Below are positions 58,348 to 64,000 of a stretch of 64,000 nucleotides of DNA, in pieces. This DNA comes from Candidatus Marinacidobacterales bacterium (GTDB lineage Bacteria; Acidobacteriota; Vicinamibacteria; Marinacidobacterales; DATDRI01). The notes beneath the pieces are model-generated. The model worked only from the letters and a program-made list of their open reading frames with translations, had not been told where the DNA came from and ran no database searches. Location: assembly GCA_965226495.1 (NCBI GenBank), contig OZ245365.1, positions 480,001 to 544,000 of the forward strand, written 5' to 3'. The first letter of the stretch is position 1. Each line of letters begins with the position of its first letter. The translations under genes and the position numbers were made by a program.

Positions 58348-58977
58348 ATGAGCAAGGACACGGCAAAAACGATCGCCGACGCGACGACTTTGAGAGATTC
58401 GGTGGGCACCCCGCACCCCATCGCGGCGACGAAGGATATGCCTCGCCTCGACCCGCACTGTAAGCACTTCATCTCGCTGTCGCCCTTTCTCTGTCTGAGC
58501 ACGATGAGCGTGGACGGGAAGGCCGACGTGAGTCCTCGTGGCGATCCGCCGGGTTTCGTGACCGTGCTCGACGATCGAACGATTCTGATCCCCGATCGGC
58601 CGGGCAATCGACGCGTGGACTCGATGGAGAACATCGTCGAGAATCCCTCGGTCGGCATCATTTTCTTCGTTCCCGGGGTCGAGGAGACGCTGCGTCTCAA
58701 CGGCCGCGCCAGCATCGTGGACGACGAGGGGCTTCTCTCTGAAATGACGGTCCGCGGGCACACACCCAAGCTCGGTATCAAGGTCGAGCTCGAGTCGGTC
58801 TTCTTCCATTGTGCGAAGGCGCTGAAACGCGCACACCTGTGGGACCTGAGCTCACAAATCGACCGCAAGGACTTCCCGACTTTAGGTCAAATCATTCACG
58901 ACCAGCGTATGCCCGAAACGCCCGCCGTGGAAGTCGAGCGGCGCGTAGAGGAAGACTACGAGAAGGACTTGTACTGA
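58348..58977 (+). CDS. Pyridoxamine 5'-phosphate oxidase-like FMN-binding protein (MSMEG_1061 type)
   Basis: DVSPRGDPPGFV, PDRPGNRR.DS..N, ETLRLNG, FFHCAKA. Confidence 0.9.
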   Translation: MSKDTAKTIADATTLRDSVGTPHPIAATKDMPRLDPHCKHFISLSPFLCLSTMSVDGKADVSPRGDPPGFVTVLDDRTILIPDRPGNRRVDSMENIVENPSVGIIFFVPGVEETLRLNGRASIVDDEGLLSEMTVRGHTPKLGIKVELESVFFHCAKALKRAHLWDLSSQIDRKDFPTLGQIIHDQRMPETPAVEVERRVEEDYEKDLY

Positions 58978-59127
58978 TTTCGAGTCCGCTGCCAATGAAC
59001 TGGCGCACCAACGTCGTAGCCTTCTTGTCGTAAGCGACAACAACTTCTCCGAAAGGCAACGGACCGTATTCTCGCTCTTCCGCCTAACGGGGAAGCCAGG
59101 CAAGTCTCGATCGTCCTGTGTGATACG

Positions 59128-60783
59128 TTGACTGCCGTGAGAAAACTGGCGTGGGCGATCGGATTGACGCTAACGGTCGCCCTTGCGGGCGCCGCGGTCT
59201 TCGTCTGGCTCTTTGGGGCACTCGGCATCGAGCTGGGTGAACGGGCGATCTACCTGAGCAGCCCTCTGGAACTGCTCGCCGCCCTCGGCCTGGTAATCGC
59301 TACATTCTTCATCGGTTTTGTCGGCAACAAGCTTTCGCGGGGCGGAATCTGGATCGCTCTCGCCATCTTCCTTCCCGTTGTGATCTACCTCCTGAGCTAC
59401 CTTTATCCGACGCAGCCGGCCGCGGTGGAGCTTGGCGAGCTCACGGCGGCCGTCGACAACAACCGCAAAGTGTTGTTGATCGGTGTCGACGCGATGTCGT
59501 GGAATCGCGTGCTGCCGCTCGTGCGGCAAGGAAAGCTTCCGAACATCGAGCGGCTCATGGAGGAGGGAGCCTATGGAGTGCTTCACTCCTACAAATCTTA
59601 TCGGGCCGACGTGGAGCAGTGGGGGTTTTGGTCTCCGGTGGTTTGGACCACCATTGCGACCGGCGTGTACCCGGAACAGCACGGAATCATAGATTTTCAG
59701 CTTCCTCGAGTCGTGGAGAAAGTCCCCATGACGAAGCGCGCCCCAAGGAAAAGGAAGCTGAAAGTGATGGCTAACTCGCAGCACCGACGCGCGCCCGCCT
59801 TTTGGAACATTTACAGCAACTACGGCAAGTCGGTTGGGCTAGTCGGTTGGTGGGCTTCTTGGCCCGCCGAAGAAGTTGATGGGTTTCTGGTGTCCTCGAA
59901 CCTCGGCTTGCGGGGGCGTCGCCGCACCGGCACGTGGGATCTCAACGTCGCGACATGGTTCACGAAACGCGACCGGCTGACTTATCCTGAAGGCTACGTT
60001 AGAACGATCTTGGACGAAATCGGGCTCCCCGAGGATTCGGAGGCGTTCGTCAACGAAAACATTTTCCCGTTAGAGAAATACCCGTTTCTCAAGGGGCGCG
60101 ACAAGGATCAGTTCTACCAAGTCATGTGGCAAGATCGGCTCTACCAGCGAATCACCGAGCACTTGCTACGGAACGAGGATCTTGCGATCTATGCAACCTA
60201 TTTCGAGGGCGTGGACGGTGCCGGCCACAAGTTTTGGCAGTATATGGCTTCCACCGACCGGGCGGCGCAGATATCGCTCCCCGAGGGTTTCGATCTACAT
60301 CGACGCGTCGTCGACCGATACTACGCGGTCGTGGACTCGTATATCGGTGAGCTTCTCGACGCGGCCGGCGATGAAGTGACTGTCGTGATCTGCTCCGATC
60401 ATGGTTTCCGAGCGACGCCGAATGGAAAAACTCCGGCCGACCACAGCGGCTACGGTGTTCTCATTGTCAAGGGCCCCGGGGTTCGGAAAGGGGGGAATCA
60501 ATTGACGCTCCGTGGGTCGGTGTACAATCTCGTTCACGGTGGTGTCGGTGTGGAGGATGTTCTTCCGACCCTCCTCTACATGCAAGGTCTACCGATTTCA
60601 GCGGAGTTGGATGGAACCGTTCAGGATCGCTTCTTCGAGCGAGCCTACTTGAAGAGTCATGACAAAATTCGAACCGCGTCCTACGAAGAATTTTTCAATC
60701 CCGAGTTGGTCGAGTTCGAGGTCCCGCCAAGCGACCAAGACGAATACCGGGAGCGCCTGCGAAGCCTCGGCTACATCAACTAG
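59128..60783 (+). CDS. Membrane-anchored alkaline phosphatase-superfamily protein (phosphodiesterase/NPP type)
   Basis: Three TM, IGVDA.SW, SPVVWTTIATG..PEQHGI, SDHGF, RLRSLGYI. Confidence 0.85.
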   Translation: MTAVRKLAWAIGLTLTVALAGAAVFVWLFGALGIELGERAIYLSSPLELLAALGLVIATFFIGFVGNKLSRGGIWIALAIFLPVVIYLLSYLYPTQPAAVELGELTAAVDNNRKVLLIGVDAMSWNRVLPLVRQGKLPNIERLMEEGAYGVLHSYKSYRADVEQWGFWSPVVWTTIATGVYPEQHGIIDFQLPRVVEKVPMTKRAPRKRKLKVMANSQHRRAPAFWNIYSNYGKSVGLVGWWASWPAEEVDGFLVSSNLGLRGRRRTGTWDLNVATWFTKRDRLTYPEGYVRTILDEIGLPEDSEAFVNENIFPLEKYPFLKGRDKDQFYQVMWQDRLYQRITEHLLRNEDLAIYATYFEGVDGAGHKFWQYMASTDRAAQISLPEGFDLHRRVVDRYYAVVDSYIGELLDAAGDEVTVVICSDHGFRATPNGKTPADHSGYGVLIVKGPGVRKGGNQLTLRGSVYNLVHGGVGVEDVLPTLLYMQGLPISAELDGTVQDRFFERAYLKSHDKIRTASYEEFFNPELVEFEVPPSDQDEYRERLRSLGYIN

Positions 60784-60817
60784 GCCTTGGCGTCCCCCTC
60801 CGCCATCGATTTCGTTA

Positions 60818-60845
60818 CGGCTACGGCGGGACCTGGCCGTAGCCG
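60818..60845. terminator. Hairpin between convergent genes (terminator or REP-like)
   Basis: cggctacggc-N8-gccgtagccg; no clear U-tract. Confidence 0.4.
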
Positions 60846-60882
60846 GCGATTTTTCTATCAGCGCATCACCGGCGAAGGCCGG

Positions 60883-61341
60883 CTAGGGCGCTACGGAGGC
60901 GGGACAATTCCCGTCGGCGCGGTTATTGTCTTCGTCCGATTCATCGACTTGGAATCGTGAATCGGCAAGGATTGTGAAATCGCAGTCCGGATTGAAACAC
61001 TCTCTGGGAACCGCGACTGGCGAGAGCTGGATCGAGCTGTCGGCTCCGATCTCGGGGATCTGCACGTCGAACGAACCGCCGGGAACGAAAACGATAGTGG
61101 TTATCGAAGCGCCGGCTCTCTCTTGACCGCGATTCTCAACCGCTACCACGACCGTCGGCCCTGCACCGCAAAATACCCCCGGCGCGTCGTTGTCCGACGG
61201 TACCCGAGCGAATCGAAGATCGGGTCGGGTGGTTTCATCCTCAGGGTTGACGACGGACTGGAGAAGATCGAAACCGCTGCAGCCCCAGGCTAATAGAGCC
61301 AAAAGGCCGATGAGTGAAACGAGTGATGGGTTCCTTCGCAA
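60883..61341 (-). CDS. CARDB-domain lipoprotein
   Basis: Lipobox-like AWGC, PDL, V.V.NRG..AGAS, AD....VDESDEDNN. Confidence 0.7.
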   Translation of the reverse strand: MRRNPSLVSLIGLLALLAWGCSGFDLLQSVVNPEDETTRPDLRFARVPSDNDAPGVFCGAGPTVVVAVENRGQERAGASITTIVFVPGGSFDVQIPEIGADSSIQLSPVAVPRECFNPDCDFTILADSRFQVDESDEDNNRADGNCPASVAP

Positions 61342-61417
61342 GTCATGTTATTTAAGTCCAAGAGGGCAGTCATGTCAAGGTTTTAAAGCCGATGCCCAAT
61401 AGAGGCAAGGAGATGCG

Positions 61418-62576
61418 GTGATGCATCGACATTTATTTGGATTCTTAAACTTCGCTTTGGCAGTTACGTTCTCAACCGTCGTTGCGGGAGCGCAGTCCAA
61501 TCCAAGAGCCCGCGATCTCGGCATCCCATTCGACGGAACACCGGGCCCGCTGAATGCGATGACCGACGTCGAGGGGGTGGAAGTGGGTCACGCAACCTTG
61601 ATCTCTGGCGAGGGCGCACTCGAAGTGGGGGAGGGGCCAGTGCGCACTGGCGTGACGGTAGACTTCCCAAAGGACGATCCGCAAAGAACCAGGTCTTCGC
61701 CGCCTGGTTCACGCTCAACGCCAACGGTGAGATGACCGGGACGACGTGGATCGAGGAGTCGGGGATTTTGGAAGGGCCGGTAGCGATCACCAATACACAT
61801 AGCGTGGGCACGGTGCATCAAGCGGTCATCGAATGGTCGGTGCTCCACGTGCACGGTTTGAGATGGAGTCTTCCCGTCGTGGCTGAGACGTGGGACGGTT
61901 ACTTGAACGACATCGACGGCTTTCATGTTCGGCGCGAGGACGTCTTCCGCGCCATCGAGTCGGCCCGCGTTGGAGCGGTCGCCGAAGGCAACGTCGGTGG
62001 CGGAACGGGCATGGTGCTCTATGATTTCAAGGGAGGCGTCGGTACGTCGTCTCGCATCGCGGAGACCGATCACGGGACGTATCGCGTCGGCGTCCTCGTT
62101 CAGGCCAACTATGGCGAGCGCGAGCAGCTCCGTATCTCCGGCGTGCCGTTGGGCCGGGAGATCACCGACTTGATGCCGGAACTCGATCAATCCTCGGAAG
62201 ACGAAGGTTCGATCATTATCGTCGTTGCGACCGACGCTCCTGTCCTACCGCATCAGCTGAAGCGAATCGCCAAACGCGCCAGCTTGGGCTTGGGTCGAAA
62301 CGGTAGCATCGCCGGGAACGGCTCCGGCGACATCTTTATCGCGTTCACAACCGCGCACCCGGAGGTCGGAACCGAGGACGGCGGGCTCTTCGAGCTCCGG
62401 ATGCTCGGCGCCTCAACCCGCTGTTCGAAGCGACAATCGAGGCTACCGAAGAAGCAGTGGTCAATGCCATGGTGGCGGCGGAGACGATGAGCGGTGTGAA
62501 CGAAAATACGGTCTACGCCATCCCTCACCAACGGCTTCGCGAGGTGCTGAGGAAATACAACCGCCTGGTCGAGTAG
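61418..62576 (+). pseudogene. DmpA/S58 (P1) aminopeptidase, two frameshifts
   Basis: RARDLGIPF.G.PG.LNA.TDV.GVEVGH, NGEMTG, PVVAETWDG.LND, EGSIII, NGSGDIF. Shifts near 61662 and 62409; C-terminus ATEEAVVNAM...RLVE* at 62574-62576. Confidence 0.85.
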
Positions 62577-62589
62577 GGAGCAAGGCTGC

Positions 62590-63336
62590 TCAGGCCCGCA
62601 TAATACCGCCGTCGATCCCGATCACAGTGCCGGTCATGAAATCGGATCCTTGTCCGGCCATCAAAACCGCGAGTGGCCCGAGCTCGCTCGGCTGACCCCA
62701 ACGACCCAGTGGGATAGCCGCCTTCAACCCTGCCGCCATCTCGGGTTGATCGAGCGCCGGTTTCGTGAGGTCGGTGTAGAAGGGGCCGGGCGCGATAACG
62801 TTCACGGTGACGGTCGGTGCCCATTCCCAAGCCAGGCTCTTCGACAGGGCGATCAAGCCCCCCTTGCTGGCCGAATAGGCGGCGGCGTTTGCGAAGCCTC
62901 GGATCCCGAGGTCGGTCGACGTATTAATGATTTTTCCTCGGCCCTGCTCGAGCATCCGCTTGCCGAACGCGCGACAACAATAGAAGGCGCCGCTCAGGTT
63001 GACTTCGATGACGCGGTGCCAATCATCGTCGCTGGTATCGAGCGTGGGGCCAAAGAAATTGGTGCCCGCGTTGTTGAAGGCGACGTCGACCGTACCCATT
63101 TCCGACCAGACTCTATTGGCCGCTTCCTCGACCGCGGCCGAATCCGTGACTTCGAGCTCGACCGCCATGCACAAGCGTCCGAGCGAGCGAATGCGATCGG
63201 CAGTGGCATCGAGAGCCGCCTTGTCGCGGCCAGTGATGACGAGGTCGGCGCCCTCCTTGGCGCAGGCGTTGGCGATGGACCCGCCGAGGCCTCGGCTTCC
63301 TCCGGTTACGAGTACGGTCTTACCGTCGAGCTGCAT
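62590..63336 (-). CDS. Short-chain dehydrogenase/reductase (SDR)
   Basis: TGGSRGLG, NNAG, YSASKGG, IAPG, IPLGRWG. Confidence 0.92.
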   Translation of the reverse strand: MQLDGKTVLVTGGSRGLGGSIANACAKEGADLVITGRDKAALDATADRIRSLGRLCMAVELEVTDSAAVEEAANRVWSEMGTVDVAFNNAGTNFFGPTLDTSDDDWHRVIEVNLSGAFYCCRAFGKRMLEQGRGKIINTSTDLGIRGFANAAAYSASKGGLIALSKSLAWEWAPTVTVNVIAPGPFYTDLTKPALDQPEMAAGLKAAIPLGRWGQPSELGPLAVLMAGQGSDFMTGTVIGIDGGIMRA

Positions 63337-63426
63337 TGAGCACCTCCCATTTTGCGCCGTCCGCGACTGCTCCGGGATTGTAACGGTGTCTGACTCGGTT
63401 GACTAGTGGCAACAACGTTGATTGAT

Positions 63427-63467
63427 GCCGGACACGGCCGGACACAGCCGGACACAGCCGCACACAG
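63427..63467 (+). repeat. 10-bp tandem repeat (GCCGGACACA x4, degenerate)
   Basis: gccggacacg gccggacaca gccggacaca gccgcacaca in the divergent intergenic region. Confidence 0.75.
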
Positions 63468-63536
63468 TTTGACGGGCGTCTGCTTGATGTCTCCAGCACT
63501 GCGCGGCTAGAATCGCGGGGTCCTAAGGGGGTGTCC

Positions 63537-64000
63537 ATGCGGTCTTCCGCGTTCTCGCGGCGCAACTTTCTGTTGGGTACCGGTGCACTGGCGGTGGGTT
63601 TGGGCAGAGACGTAGCCGGTGAGCCAGGCCCGAAGAGAACGGGCGGAACTCGACTGATCTTGTTGGGGACCGGAGGGGGGCCGCGGCCAATGGCCGAGCG
63701 AGCAGGGCCCTCGCACGTCATTCTCGTTGACGGCGTTCCTTACGTCGTGGATTGCGGGGAAGGAGTCGCACGCCAACTCGTGCGGGCCCGCATCAACCCC
63801 GGCCTCCTCGCGAAGATTTTCATCACCCACCAACACTCGGATCACAACGTCGACTATGGAAACTTGACTCTGCTGGCCTCGGCGAGCGGTCTATCGACCC
63901 GAGTCGATGCCTATGGTCCTCCACCGATCGAGAGAATGACGAAGCTGTTCTTCGATAGGAACGCCTACGATATCGAGACGCGGGGCGCCGACAAAAGCCG
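63537..64000 (+). CDS. Tat-exported MBL-fold metallo-hydrolase (RNase Z/arylsulfatase-like), runs off the window edge
   Basis: Not in the ORF track. Manual translation MRSSAFSRRNFL...LILLGTGGGPRP...VVDCGEG...IFITHQHSDH. Confidence 0.85.
   Translation, partial: MRSSAFSRRNFLLGTGALAVGLGRDVAGEPGPKRTGGTRLILLGTGGGPRPMAERAGPSHVILVDGVPYVVDCGEGVARQLVRARINPGLLAKIFITHQHSDHNVDYGNLTLLASASGLSTRVDAYGPPPIERMTKLFFDRNAYDIETRGADKS

Noticed and set aside
63427-63467. CRISPR array or iterons
   Set aside because: 10-bp contiguous repeats without spacers; no cas or rep gene.
1-64000. Most long overlapping ORFs in the track (e.g. 1161-2249, 15099-16271, 29719-30699, 41107-42159, 48170-49489, 56998-58116)
   Set aside because: Antisense or alternate-frame shadows of recognisable genes, expected in GC-rich DNA; no family motifs.

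Overview
GC-rich (visibly well above 50%) bacterial genomic window with about 55 genes. An Acidobacteriota (Vicinamibacteria-like) origin is inferred from an ADOP-type permease and TPR-bearing Ser/Thr kinases. No rRNA, tRNA, CRISPR array or transposase was seen. Main content: SorAB-like sulfite dehydrogenase, a lytic transglycosylase, GpgS, a tandem array of five membrane Ser/Thr kinase-TolB_N-TPR paralogs (the fifth cut at a junction with a 5'-truncated O-antigen ligase-like gene), a 2-oxoacid dehydrogenase E1a/E1b/E2 operon, two toxin-antitoxin loci, many peptidases, and four decayed genes. Best leads: (1) a GrdB/PrdB-like selenoprotein (in-frame UGA, UxxC motif, SECIS-like hairpin) that the ORF track splits in two, co-located with an LLM oxidoreductase; (2) two translationally coupled membrane proteins that together carry three HxH four-helix units, resembling a split heme-copper-oxidase-homology assembly; (3) the receptor-kinase array with homogenised kinase halves, divergent ectodomains and REP-derived spacers; (4) an ArsR whose palindromic operator is repeated in front of an ADOP permease; (5) an orphan catabolic gene set whose LeuA-like and M24-like enzymes have altered catalytic motifs; (6) a methyltransferase inserted between about 100-bp decayed direct repeats. 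All family calls come from motif recognition by eye, not from database searches.
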